Shown here: positions 31,315 to 40,803 of the stretch, one piece after another | Layout of the letters: every line of letters starts with the position of its first letter | Position numbering within the stretch: position 1 is the first letter of the stretch | Assembly (NCBI GenBank): GCA_963700695.1 | Contig: CAVOYO010000003.1 | Coordinates: forward strand, 61,180 to 125,179 | Direction of reading: 5' to 3' | Length of the DNA stretch: 64,000 nt | Source of the DNA: an uncultured Acidobacteriota bacterium | GTDB taxonomy: Bacteria; Acidobacteriota; Vicinamibacteria; Fen-336 | The notes under the pieces: model-generated | The model's database searches: none | Seen by the model: only the letters and a program-made list of their open reading frames with translations | Told to the model about the DNA's origin: nothing | Translations under genes and position numbers: made by a program

Positions 31315-32247
31315 ATGGACTACAAGGACTACTACAAGGTGCTGGGCGTCAAGAAGGACGCGAGCGCCAAGGAGATCAAGGCGGCCTACCGCAAGCTGGC
31401 CCGCAAGTACCACCCCGACGTGAACTCCGGCGACGAGAACGCGGAGGCCCGCTTCAAGGAGGTCAACGAGGCGCACGAGGTTCTCGGAGATCCGGAGAAG
31501 CGGCAAGCGATACGACCAGTTCGGCTCCAACTGGGAGGCCTTCAGTCGCGGCGGCGCCCCGGGAGCGGGGCGGGTTCCCCGGCGGGTTCCGCGTCGAGTA
31601 CCAGGACCTCGGCGGTGGTGGCGGCGGCTTCTCGGACTTCTTCCGGACGTTCTTCGCGGGAGGGGGCGGTTTCGGCGGCGGCGGTGGCTTCCCCGGGGGC
31701 TTCGGCGGCGCCGGGGAGATCTACGAGCCGCCCTCCGACGCCGAGGGCGAGGTGACGCTGACCTTGCCGGAGGTGTTGGCCGGCACCACCCGTGAGGTGG
31801 GTCTCGAGGAGAAGGGTCAGACGCGGCGGGTCGAGGTGAAGATCCCCCCGGGTGTCCGCGAGGGCTCACGGGTGCGCGTGGCGGGGGCCGGGGCGGCGGG
31901 CTCGCGAGGCCGGCGGGGCAACCTCTATCTTCGGGTGCGGATCGCCCCGGATCCGAGATTCGAGCGGAAGGGGGATGACCTCGCGACCGTCGTTCGGGTG
32001 CCGCTGACGACGGCGATCCTGGGCGGGCGAGGCCGAGGTCCCGACCCTCGAGGGGACGGTGGCGATCAAGATCCCGCCGCAGACGCCGGTCGGGCGGTCG
32101 TTCCGGCTGAAGGGAAAGGGGCTGCCCCGCCTCGGCAAGAGCGACGGGCGGGGAGACATCCTGGCCAGTCTCGCGGTGGAGCTGCCGAGCACGCTCTCCG
32201 AACGGCAGAAGGAGCTGTTCGAGGAGCTGCGCGGCAGCGGCGTGTGA
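31315..32247 (+). CDS. cbpA: DnaJ-class co-chaperone without zinc finger (CbpA-like; at least 2 frame changes)
   Basis: J domain [37 protein letters not shown]...[15 protein letters not shown]; G/F-rich linker; C-terminal domains [17 protein letters not shown]..., [23 protein letters not shown]...; no CxxCxGxG repeats. Confidence 0.82.
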
Positions 32248-32286
32248 CCCGAATCACCTGATCCTCGGGGGCACCGCTCTTCGGCG

Positions 32287-32316
32287 TTGTACCCGATCGG
32301 GCCGGTCCGCTACACT
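32287..32316 (+). promoter_or_regulatory. candidate sigma70-type promoter (TTGTAC-18-TACACT) for the CsgG-family gene
   Basis: Read directly, about 25 nt upstream of the AGGAGG RBS at 32331. Confidence 0.3.
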
Positions 32317-32340
32317 CCCCTCAACGAGTCAGGAGGGCGA

Positions 32341-33033
32341 ATGAGGCTGAGGGCTTTGAGGGTGCTGGTGGCGGCGCTGGCGTTGGCGGGGATGGTCTCT
32401 ACGGCGTCAGCGCAGTCCGACCGACCGATGGTCGCGGTGATGGACTTCGACTACAGCGCGGTCAACAACTGGTGGAGCGGTGTCTGGGGGAACTACGACG
32501 TTGGCAAGGGCATGGCGGACATGGTGGTCGACGAGTTGATCAACGAGTCGGACTTCCGCGTGATCGAGCGGAAGAGGATCGACACCGTGCTCGCCGAGCA
32601 GGACTTCGCTCAGAGCGACCGCGCCGACCCGAGTGCGGCCAAGCTGGCGCAGGTGGGCAAGGTGCTCGGCGTCCGCTACATCATCGCGGGCTCGATCACC
32701 AAGTTCAACACGTCGGACAAGAACTACTCGGCCGGGGGGATCGTCAAGGGTCCGCTCGGGGGCCTCGGCCTCAAGAAGTCGAAGAGCGAGGTTCAGCTCA
32801 ACGCCCGGGTGATCGACGCCACCACGGGCGAGATCCTCGTCGCGGCCAAGGGCAACGGTGAGTCCAACAAGGGCGGTGGGGTCTCGGTCGCCGGTGGCGC
32901 GAGCGGCGTCGGCGGTGGCTTCAGCATGGGGTCGAGCGAGTATCGGGCCAGCGCGCTGGGCGAGGCGCAGGAGATGGCCTGCGTCGAACTCGTCAAGAAC
33001 ATCGTAAAGCGCCAGGGCAAGCTCCAGCAGTAG
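32341..33033 (+). CDS. CsgG/HfaB-family (curli production assembly/transport component-like) secreted protein
   Basis: Intact 230 aa; signal MRLRALRVLVAALALAGMVSTASA|Q; VAVMDFDYSAV..., GKGMADMVVDELINESDFRVIERKRIDTVLAEQDF, VRYIIAGSITKF, LNARVIDATTGEIL; AGGAGG RBS. Confidence 0.75.
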   Translation: MRLRALRVLVAALALAGMVSTASAQSDRPMVAVMDFDYSAVNNWWSGVWGNYDVGKGMADMVVDELINESDFRVIERKRIDTVLAEQDFAQSDRADPSAAKLAQVGKVLGVRYIIAGSITKFNTSDKNYSAGGIVKGPLGGLGLKKSKSEVQLNARVIDATTGEILVAAKGNGESNKGGGVSVAGGASGVGGGFSMGSSEYRASALGEAQEMACVELVKNIVKRQGKLQQ

Positions 33034-33049
33034 GCGTGCTCCCGGTGCG

Positions 33050-33110
33050 CTAGCCCCGATCCGAGGCCGCCGACCTCAGGCGAGTTCGCAGAATCTCGGA
33101 TCGGGGCTAG
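33050..33110. other. 16-bp perfect inverted repeat CTAGCCCCGATCCGAG ... CTCGGATCGGGGCTAG (29-nt spacer)
   Basis: Arms at 33050-33065 and 33095-33110, just downstream of the CsgG-family stop. Followed by GC hairpin CCCGCCGC-CCCG-GCGGCGGG (33118-33137). No U-tract, so not a canonical intrinsic terminator. Confidence 0.5.
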
Positions 33111-33178
33111 AATCGGGCCCGCCGCCCCGGCGGCGGGTCCATGTCGCTTTGGCTCCCGCGGCCAGGACGGCCACTCTC

Positions 33179-33739
33179 ATGGCCGAGCCCGTCTTCACCG
33201 TCGCCAACCAGCTCACGATGCTGCGGATGGCGTTGGTGCCGCTGCTGGTCCTGCTCGCCCTCGGGCGCCAGTTCACCTGGGCGTTGGTCGTGTTCGTGGT
33301 GGCCGGGCTCACCGATGCCCTCGACGGCTACATCGCCCGCCACGGCCACCAGATCACCAAGCTCGGGGCGACCCTCGACCCCATCGCGGACAAGATCATG
33401 GTGGGCTCGACCTACGCGGTTCTGACGTGGAGCTCGGCGGTGGTCTGCCCGATGCCGATCTGGCTGACCGTCACGCTCCTCTTCCGCGACACCATGCTGG
33501 TGGTGGGCGTCCTCGCCGTGAACCTGACCGTGGGGCCCCGGGTGTTCTATCCCTCGCGGTTCGGGAAGGCCTCGAGCGCCCTCAACATGGTCGCGGGCGG
33601 CGCCGCGCTGGCGGTCAACGCCGCGGGAGACTGCCTTCCGGCCATGCGCTGGCTCTACGTCGCCACCCTGGCCGTGTTGATCGCCTCGACCGCTCAGTAC
33701 ATCTACAGCGCCAGCGAGAGGCCTCCGAAGAAGCGCTAG
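33179..33739 (+). CDS. pgsA: CDP-alcohol phosphatidyltransferase (phosphatidylglycerophosphate synthase-like)
   Basis: MAEPVFTVANQLTMLRMALVPLL...; motif DALDGYIARHGHQITKLGATLDPIADK (DGxxAR...G...D...D); multi-TM; an alternative TTG start at 33149 is possible. Confidence 0.85.
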   Translation: MAEPVFTVANQLTMLRMALVPLLVLLALGRQFTWALVVFVVAGLTDALDGYIARHGHQITKLGATLDPIADKIMVGSTYAVLTWSSAVVCPMPIWLTVTLLFRDTMLVVGVLAVNLTVGPRVFYPSRFGKASSALNMVAGGAALAVNAAGDCLPAMRWLYVATLAVLIASTAQYIYSASERPPKKR

Positions 33740-33756
33740 CTGCCAGGGAGCGGAAG

Positions 33757-33960
33757 CCAGGCCTAGGCTCGCCCGCGTGTCCCTTCCCTGGGGACACGCG
33801 GGTGCGCGGGGCCCATCTCAAGGCCTTTCCCGGCCTGTCGGAGGCGACGCTCGCGCGTCGCAGCGTACTCTCGGGGTCGACGCTCGTCTCGCGAGCTCGA
33901 CTTCGCGTCCCCCGAGCCCCTACGTGGGGAGGGATAGGGTGGGGGGTCATTGAACGATTG
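33757..33960 (-). repeat. intergenic modular repeat, locus 4 (inverted orientation: Y unit + X tail)
   Basis: The reverse complement reads TTCAATGACCCCCCACCCTATCCCTCCCCACGTAGGGG...GTCGAGCTCGCGAGACGAGCGTCGAC...GCGACGC-GCGA-GCGTCGC (33844-33861)...CGCGTGTCCCCAGGGAAGGGACACGCG... Confidence 0.9.
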
Positions 33961-34016
33961 TGGCCGCCGAGCCGCAAGGCTTCGGCCCCGCGCACGCGGG
34001 TTCGGCCGACAGGACG

Positions 34017-34971
34017 CTAGAGAGGCGAGCTGTCGGGGATCCCGAGCTTCTCCCGGAAGTAGATCACGGTCCGCCTCAGGCCTTCGTCCAGCGGGACCCG
34101 AGGCTCCCACTCGAGGATGGCGCGGGCGCGGGCGATGTCGGGTTGACGGACCCTGGGGTCGTCGACGGGCAGGGGTCGCTCCACGATCCCCGACGACGAG
34201 CCGGTGAGGCCGATGACCCTCTCCGCGAGAGAGCGAATCGACATCTCCGCCGGATTTCCGAGGTTCACGGGCGTGGCGGTGTCCGACATCATGAGGCGAA
34301 CGATCCCCTCGACGAGGTCGGACACGTAGCAGAGGCTCCGGGTCTGGCTGCCGTCACCGAAGACAGTGACGTCCTGTCCCCGCAGGGCCTGGCTCATGAA
34401 CGCGGGAATGGCGCGGCCGTCGTCGACTCTCATCCGCGGGCCGTAGGTGTTGAAGATCCGCACGATGCGGGTCTCGATGAGATGGACGCGGTGATAGGCC
34501 ATCGTGAGGGCCTCGGCAAAGCGCTTGGCCTCGTCGTAGACGCCGCGCGGGCCGACCGGGTTGACGTTCCCCCAGTAGTCCTCCCGTTGCGGGTGAACGA
34601 GAGGGTCCCCGTAGACCTCGGAGGTCGAGGCGAGCAGGAAGCGTGCTCGCTTGGCCTTGGCCAGCCCCAGGCAGTTGTGGGTGCCGAGGCTGCCGACCTT
34701 CAGGGTCTGGATCGGGAGCTTCAGGTAGTCGATCGGGGAGGCCGGGCTCGCGAAGTGGAAGATGTAGTCGAGCGGGCCCTCGATCGCGATGTAGTCGGTG
34801 ACGTTGTGCCGGACGAAGACGAAGTCGCGGCCCGTGAGGTGGGCGATGTTGTCCACGTCCCCGGTGACGAGGTTGTCCATCCCGATGACCGAGAAGATCA
34901 CGCTCGAGGAGGGCCTCGCAGAGGTGCGAGCCGATGAAGCCGGCGGCACCGGTGACCAGGGCTCGTGGCAT
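34017..34971 (-). CDS. UDP-glucuronate decarboxylase (UDP-xylose synthase)-type NAD-dependent epimerase/dehydratase (one frameshift near 34900)
   Basis: [19 protein letters not shown] / [16 protein letters not shown]..., [69 protein letters not shown]. Confidence 0.85.
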
Positions 34972-34975
34972 CGGC

Positions 34976-36430
34976 TCAGTAGGCGTGCTTCTGGCCGAAG
35001 CCGCGGAAGAGGGTGAGGATCAGGATCTTGAGGTCGAGCAGCAGCGACCAGTTCTCGATGTAGTAGATGTCGTGCTCGATCCGCTTCTCGATCGAGGTGT
35101 TGCCGCGCCAGCCGTTCACCTGGGCCCAGCCGGTGATGCCGCTCTTGACCCGGTGCCGGCGCATGTACTGCGGGATGCGCTCGCGGAACTGGGCCACGAA
35201 GGGCGGCCGTTCCGGGCGGGGCCCGACCAGGCTCATGTCTCCGAGAAAGACGTTGATCAGCTGGGGCAGCTCGTCGAGGTTGAACCGGCGGAGCCAGATC
35301 CCCGACGCGGGTGCGTCGCGGGTCGTCGGAGGTGGCGAAGATGGGTCCAGTGTCCTTCTCGGCCTCGTCGACCATGGTGCGGAACTTGAAGATCTGGAAG
35401 GTCCTTCCGTCGAGGGTCATGCGCTCCTGACGGAGGAAGACCGGCCCCTTGCCACCGAGGAGCTTGATGAGCAGCGGCGATGATCGGGAAGACGGGAACG
35501 ACGGTGAGCCCGACGAGCAGCAACGCGGAGGAGGTCACGTCCATGAGCCGCTTCGCCATGCTGTTCCAGCCCTGCAGCGGCACCTCGTTGAGGCTGATGA
35601 TCGGGATGCCGTCGAGGTCCTCCAGGGCGGCCTTGATCGTCGCGTACTGCACGACGTCGGGGACGACCTTGATGTCGACGCACTCGTTGCTGAGGCTGCG
35701 CACGAGGGGCACGATGCGGGCGTGGTCCTCGAGGGGAAGGGCGACGTAGAGCTGGTCCGCCCCGTGCCGCTCGAGGGCCTGGCGCGCCTCGTCGAGGGTC
35801 CCGACCACGGGCACCCCCGCGTGCCCCGAGGCGTCGCGCGAGTCGGCGAGGAAGCCGCTCGACCCGGTATCCGAGCTCGCGGTGCGCGAGCAGGGCCTCG
35901 GCCACCGTCCGCCCGAGCTCTCCCGTGCCGGCCACGAGGACCCGGGTGACGTTGTACCCCGCCGCCCACTGGCGCTGGAGCCAGGCCCGGATCGCCCCGC
36001 GACCGGCGTTGAGGAAGAGCACGTCGAGGACGACGAAGAGGGCGAAGACGGCCTGGCTGTACTCCCAGCTCGGGGCGACGTCAGGCTGGTAACGATAGTA
36101 GACGCGCACGTAGAGGGTGGCGCCCAGCGTCAGGGCGGTGCCAATAAGGACGCTGAAGAGGATGGCGAAGAACTCGTCGATGCGGCTCCGGCCCCGCTTG
36201 ACCTGGTAGAGCCCGTGAAAGTAGAGGACGGCCGGCCACACGACCGCCATGAAGGGGATGAGGAGCAGGTAGCGTGAGAGATCGGGGATCCCTTTGGTGA
36301 CGGGGATGAAGAGGTGGACGGCGTCGGCGTGGAACCGCACGACGTAGGCCAGGACCCAGGCCAGTGCCGTCACCGTGACGTCCACGGCGATGAAGAGCAC
36401 CATCATCAGCCGGGTCTGGAATCTCAGCAT
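34976..36430 (-). CDS. undecaprenyl-phosphate hexose-1-phosphate transferase (WcaJ/EpsB-type priming glycosyltransferase; at least 3 frame changes)
   Basis: N-terminal TM block [31 protein letters not shown]..., central Rossmann-like [18 protein letters not shown]-terminal sugar-transferase domain FKFRTMV...[22 protein letters not shown]...[13 protein letters not shown]...[20 protein letters not shown]. Confidence 0.85.
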
Positions 36431-37530
36431 TCGGGGAATCTGCCGTTCAGAGCGCGCTCCACGAGGCGCCGGACGCGGGTCTCGAAGACCTCGCGGCGGT
36501 GGGCCTCGGCCCGGGCCCGGAGCGTCAGTCTATCAAAGGGGGTAGAAGCGAGGGTAGCGAGAGCGGCGCGGAGCGCGGGCGCGGTGGGGTCGGAGAACAC
36601 GACCCCGGTGCGACCGTCCTGCACGCTCTCCGGGCCGCCTCCTTCCCCGTAGACGACCGCGGGCCGGCCACAGGCCATCGCCTCGAGGGGGACGATGCCG
36701 AAGTCCTCGACCCCGGGCATGAGAACCGCCCGGCAACCCCGGTACTGCTCGCGGAGCTCCGAGTCGTCGACCCGCCCGAGGAAGGAGACTTCGGGAGGGG
36801 CGAGGGCGCGGAGGCGGGCCTCTTCGGGTCCGGTTCCCACGATGCGCAGCGGCCACCCGGTGCCACGGTAGGCCTCGAGCGCGAGCTCGAGCCGCTTGTA
36901 GGGCGCGAGGGCGGACACCACGAGATCGTATGTGCCGGGTCGATCGGGGCCGGGCGTGAAGTGGTCGGTGTCGACCGGAGGAGGGATGACCTCTGCCTCC
37001 CGCCCGTAGTAGCGCCGAATGCGGTCGGCGACGTAGGCGCTGTTGGCGGCAAAGTGGTGGACGCGGGCGGCGGACGCCGTGTCCCAGGCGCGCAGACCGG
37101 CGGCGGCGGGGGGTATGGCCAGGCGACCGAGGAGACCCAGACGCCCGGAGCCGAAGTAGTCGTCGTAGCGGTCCCACACGTAGCGCATCGGCGTGTGGCA
37201 GTAGCAGAGGTGGAGCGCTCCCCGACCCGGCCGGACTCCCTTCGCCACGCAGTGGGAGCTCGAGAGGACGAGATCGAACCCACGCAGGTCGAATCGCTCG
37301 GCGGCGAAGGGGAAGAGGGGGAGGTAGTGGCGGTAGCGACGTGCGGAAGCCGGGAGGCCTTGCACGAAGGAGGTGCGGATCTCCCGCGCCTCGAGCTCCG
37401 GGTCCACCGAGCCCTCGACGTGGAGGAGGGTGAAGATGGGTGCGTCGGGGTAGAGCCGGGCGAGCGAGAGAAGGACCTTCTCGCCACCCCGCATCCCGGT
37501 GAGCCAGTCGTGAACGAGCGCGACCCTCAG
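36424..37530 (-). CDS. glycosyltransferase family 4 (GT-B, RfaG-like)
   Basis: (L)RVALVHDWLTGMRGGEKVLLSLARLYPDAPIFTL..., EDFGIVPLEAMACGRPAVV. The conserved N-terminus extends upstream of ATG 37494, so the true start (possibly CTG 37530, overlapping the upstream stop) is uncertain. Confidence 0.8.
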   Translation of the reverse strand: MRVALVHDWLTGMRGGEKVLLSLARLYPDAPIFTLLHVEGSVDPELEAREIRTSFVQGLPASARRYRHYLPLFPFAAERFDLRGFDLVLSSSHCVAKGVRPGRGALHLCYCHTPMRYVWDRYDDYFGSGRLGLLGRLAIPPAAAGLRAWDTASAARVHHFAANSAYVADRIRRYYGREAEVIPPPVDTDHFTPGPDRPGTYDLVVSALAPYKRLELALEAYRGTGWPLRIVGTGPEEARLRALAPPEVSFLGRVDDSELREQYRGCRAVLMPGVEDFGIVPLEAMACGRPAVVYGEGGGPESVQDGRTGVVFSDPTAPALRAALATLASTPFDRLTLRARAEAHRREVFETRVRRLVERALNGRFPEC

Positions 37531-38675
37531 CGCGCGGGCTCCGCGAGGGCGGGGACGGGTCGGCCCAGCGCCTTCAGGTAGCCGGCGTGGATCGCGCGGA
37601 CCGAGCGCTCCCAGCTGAAGGCCCGGGCGCGGGCGCGCCCCTTCTCGATGAGCTGCTCGCGGAGGTCGTCGTCGTCGAGGACCGCCGCGATCCCGGCCGC
37701 GATGTCCTCCACGCGATAGGGATCCACGAGCAGGGCGGCATCGGCCACGACCTCGGGCAGCGAGGACATGCGGGAGGTGACGACCGGCGTGCCGCAGGAC
37801 ATCGCCTCGAGAGGGGGGAGACCGAAGCCTTCGTAGAGCGAGGGGAAGGCGAACACCGACGCCATGCGGTAGAGGGCGGCGAGGGTGCGGGGGGGAACGA
37901 AACCGAAGAAGCGAACGTCCTGTCGAAGGCCGGTGGACTCGACCGCGCGGCGCAGCGCGCCGTACTTGCTCACGTCGTCGCCGATGAGCAGGAGCTGGAG
38001 GTCCTCGTGCCCGCCCTGCTCACGCACGAGGGCGAAGGCGCGGATCAGTCGCTCGAGGTTCTTGTGCGGCTTCACGTTGCCGGCGAAGAGCACGAAGCGC
38101 CCGTGGATCTGGTAGCGCTCCCTCACGCGTGCCATCTCCTCCTCGCCCGGGTCCTCGAGCAGCTCGCTGTCGATCGCGTTCGGCACCACGTGCACCTTGT
38201 CGGGATCGGCCCACGAGTAGAAGCGGAGGATGTCGGACCGCGAGGCCTCCGAGACCGTGAAGACCACCGCGCTGTGGCGGATGGCGCTGCCCATCATGTA
38301 CCGGGCGTAGCGCCACGCCATCCGGTTGGGAAGGTACTGGGGAAACAGAAGGTGGATGCAGTCGTGGATCGTGACCACCGACGGGATCGTGCACAGAAGC
38401 GGACGCACGTAGTGCGGCGAGTGCAGCAGCTCCGCCCCCAGCCGCTTCAGCTTGAGCGGGATCGACAGGTGCTCGCGCACACCGTATCCCGCCGAGCTGT
38501 CGACGACGGGGACGAAGTTCTCGGCCAGGTCGCGCAGGGTGGCTTCGTCGGCGTCGTGGCAGAACAGGAAATACGTGGTCTCGTGATCGAGCCGGGCCAG
38601 GTGGCGCACGAGGTTTCGGACGTACGTGCCGATCCCGAAATCCCGCCACTTTCGCACGTCGACTGCAATCTTCAC
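37527..38675 (-). CDS. glycosyltransferase family 4
   Basis: GTG start; VKIAVDVRKWRDFGIGTYVRNLVRHLA..., FAFPSLYEGFGLPPLEAMSCGTPVVTS (EX7E-type motif); intact. Confidence 0.85.
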   Translation of the reverse strand: MKIAVDVRKWRDFGIGTYVRNLVRHLARLDHETTYFLFCHDADEATLRDLAENFVPVVDSSAGYGVREHLSIPLKLKRLGAELLHSPHYVRPLLCTIPSVVTIHDCIHLLFPQYLPNRMAWRYARYMMGSAIRHSAVVFTVSEASRSDILRFYSWADPDKVHVVPNAIDSELLEDPGEEEMARVRERYQIHGRFVLFAGNVKPHKNLERLIRAFALVREQGGHEDLQLLLIGDDVSKYGALRRAVESTGLRQDVRFFGFVPPRTLAALYRMASVFAFPSLYEGFGLPPLEAMSCGTPVVTSRMSSLPEVVADAALLVDPYRVEDIAAGIAAVLDDDDLREQLIEKGRARARAFSWERSVRAIHAGYLKALGRPVPALAEPAR

Positions 38676-38776
38676 TGGCGCTCTGCCTGTTCCGACAAAT
38701 CCCCGCGTGACAATAACATGAGGAGACGGACGGACCCAAGCGAGGGACGGCCGGGGAAGGGGCGTGGCCCGAGCGG

Positions 38777-39685
38777 TCAGCCGCGACCGAGGGCCAGTCG
38801 GCCCAGCGCCCAGGCCTCCTCCCGGCCGGCCTCGTCCGCGGACAGGGCGCCTCGGGCGAGCCCGACGAAGGCCCGTCCGAGAAGGAAGAGTCGAAGCCCC
38901 CCGCGGGCGAGGGGACCGTTGTGCTTCCGGTAGTAGAGGAGATGGCTCCGGTGATACTCCAGCCGGGCCCGCTCCGGGGCGCGCGCCATGCTCTGTCCGA
39001 GCTGGTGGCGGATCCTGGCGGCCGGGGTGAAGATCACTCGCCAGCCCGCACCCCGCAAGCGACGGCACAGATCGGCGTCCTCCTCGTAGAGGAAGAAGCC
39101 CTCGTCGAAGCCTCCCACTGCCTCGAGGGCCTCTCGACGGGCCATGAGGCACGCACCGGACACCCAGCCGGGCTCGTGCTCGCGGGCGTGACGGTCCTCC
39201 GCTTCGCGGAGCGCCTCGGGGACGCCACGCCGAACGCCTCGCACGAGCCGCCGCTGCCCCCGCTCGCTCGACGGGGTGAGGTCGGGCCCGGTGGACACCT
39301 GGATCGTGCCGTCCGGGTCGCGGGTGAGCGGTCCCACCGCCCCGACATCGGCGTCGGCGTCCAGCCGGGCGGCCAGGATCTCGACCGCGCCCGCGGTCAC
39401 GGTGGCGTCGGGATTGAGGAAGAGGACATGGGGCGCGGTCGTGGCCCGCACGCCCTGGTTGCACGCGCGAGCGAACCCGACGTTCACGGGGTTGGCGATC
39501 ACCCGCACCTCGGGGTTTCGGGCGCCGACCGCCGCGGGCGAGCCGTCTTCGCTGGCGTTGTCGACCACGACGGTCTCGAACACTACGCCGACGTAGCGAG
39601 CGAGGGAGTCGAGACAGGCGACCAGGGCCTCCCGCGCGTTGAAGGACACGATCACGACGGCAACGGACGGGGGCGACGGGCTCAC
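38777..39685 (-). CDS. glycosyltransferase family 2
   Basis: VAVVIVSFNAREALVACLDSL...VVVDNASEDGS..., LFLNPDATV, GACLMARREALEAVGGFDEGFFLYEEDADLCRRL. The GTG at 39685 gives a GTGA overlap with the upstream stop; the longer ORF to 39730 is also possible. Confidence 0.85.
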   Translation of the reverse strand: MSPSPPSVAVVIVSFNAREALVACLDSLARYVGVVFETVVVDNASEDGSPAAVGARNPEVRVIANPVNVGFARACNQGVRATTAPHVLFLNPDATVTAGAVEILAARLDADADVGAVGPLTRDPDGTIQVSTGPDLTPSSERGQRRLVRGVRRGVPEALREAEDRHAREHEPGWVSGACLMARREALEAVGGFDEGFFLYEEDADLCRRLRGAGWRVIFTPAARIRHQLGQSMARAPERARLEYHRSHLLYYRKHNGPLARGGLRLFLLGRAFVGLARGALSADEAGREEAWALGRLALGRG

Positions 39686-40803
39686 GGCCGGGCCGCCCCG
39701 AGGCACGCCGCCCGCGTGAGGGCGGCACATCGGTCCCAGGAGTAGCGACCGGCGAGATCGTGACCGGCGACGATCAACCGCTCGCGAAGGTCGGTCTCAC
39801 TCAGCACTCGATCGAGGGCGCTCGCCACCGCCGACTCGTTGCGGGGGGCAACGGTGAGAGCAGCGCCTCCGAAGATCTCTCCGAGGGAAGGCGGCCGGGC
39901 AACGACGAGGGGAACGCCACGCGAAGCGGCCTCGAGGGCGGGCAGCCCGAAGCCCTCGTACTCGGAGAGAAAGACCGCGGCATCGGCGGCGGCGTAGCGA
40001 TCGGCCAGACCGGCCTCGTCCACGAAGCCGGAAAGGCGCACGCGGTCCGTGAGGCCGACTGAGGCGACCAGGGCAGGGAGGTCGAGCGGGGGGTGGGTCC
40101 GGTTGTCGCCGACGACGTCGAGGAGCAGTCCAGAGTGACGTCGGGCGAGGCGGGCCATGGCCCGCAGGAGCACGGGCAGGCAGCGCCGGTTGAGGACGGA
40201 GCCGACCGTGATGACGTACGGCCCGGAGAGCCCCAGACGCCGGCGAGCCTCCTCCCGGGGAGGTGGCACCGGCAGGTCGTCGTCGGGTCCGAGGGGCGCG
40301 AGCGTCACGCGGTCGGCGGCGGACGGGAAGCGCCGAACGATCTCGCGGCGCGTGAAGTCCGAATTGGTGAGGACGGCCCGGGAGGCGTGGATGCTGAGGC
40401 TCACGAGCAGCCGACGGCGCAGCCCATCCTGGTACGAGAAGTCCTGGGGCTGAAAGAAGAAGGAGAGGTCGTGCACCATCGTGACGCGAGGGGTGCGGAG
40501 CGACAGGGGACACACGTAGGCGGGGGAGAAGAAGACGTCGGGGTGATCGGCGCGGGCGATGGGGGGAAGGCTCCGCTCGAGCCAGACGAGGCCGCGCGCG
40601 CGACCGTCGCCCACGGGACGGCGTTCGATCGCGGTGTGATCCAGTACCGGATCTTCCGGGGGGGACCCGCTGAAGTAGACGAGCAGCCTGTCGCCCGTCT
40701 CGCGCCAGCGGCGCAGGAGATTTCGGAGATAGCGGCCGGTGCCGGTGGGCTGGCCCTGAAGCTCCCGGCCGTCGATGCCGACGACGAGCGGCCTATCGTC
40801 CAA
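39682..40803 (-). CDS. glycosyltransferase family 4
   Basis: TTG start; LDDRPLVVGIDGRELQGQPTGTGRYLRNLLRRW..., VFLSEYEGFGLPALEAASRGVPLVV; intact; overlaps the upstream gene by 11 nt. Confidence 0.82.
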   Translation of the reverse strand: MDDRPLVVGIDGRELQGQPTGTGRYLRNLLRRWRETGDRLLVYFSGSPPEDPVLDHTAIERRPVGDGRARGLVWLERSLPPIARADHPDVFFSPAYVCPLSLRTPRVTMVHDLSFFFQPQDFSYQDGLRRRLLVSLSIHASRAVLTNSDFTRREIVRRFPSAADRVTLAPLGPDDDLPVPPPREEARRRLGLSGPYVITVGSVLNRRCLPVLLRAMARLARRHSGLLLDVVGDNRTHPPLDLPALVASVGLTDRVRLSGFVDEAGLADRYAAADAAVFLSEYEGFGLPALEAASRGVPLVVARPPSLGEIFGGAALTVAPRNESAVASALDRVLSETDLRERLIVAGHDLAGRYSWDRCAALTRAACLGAARP

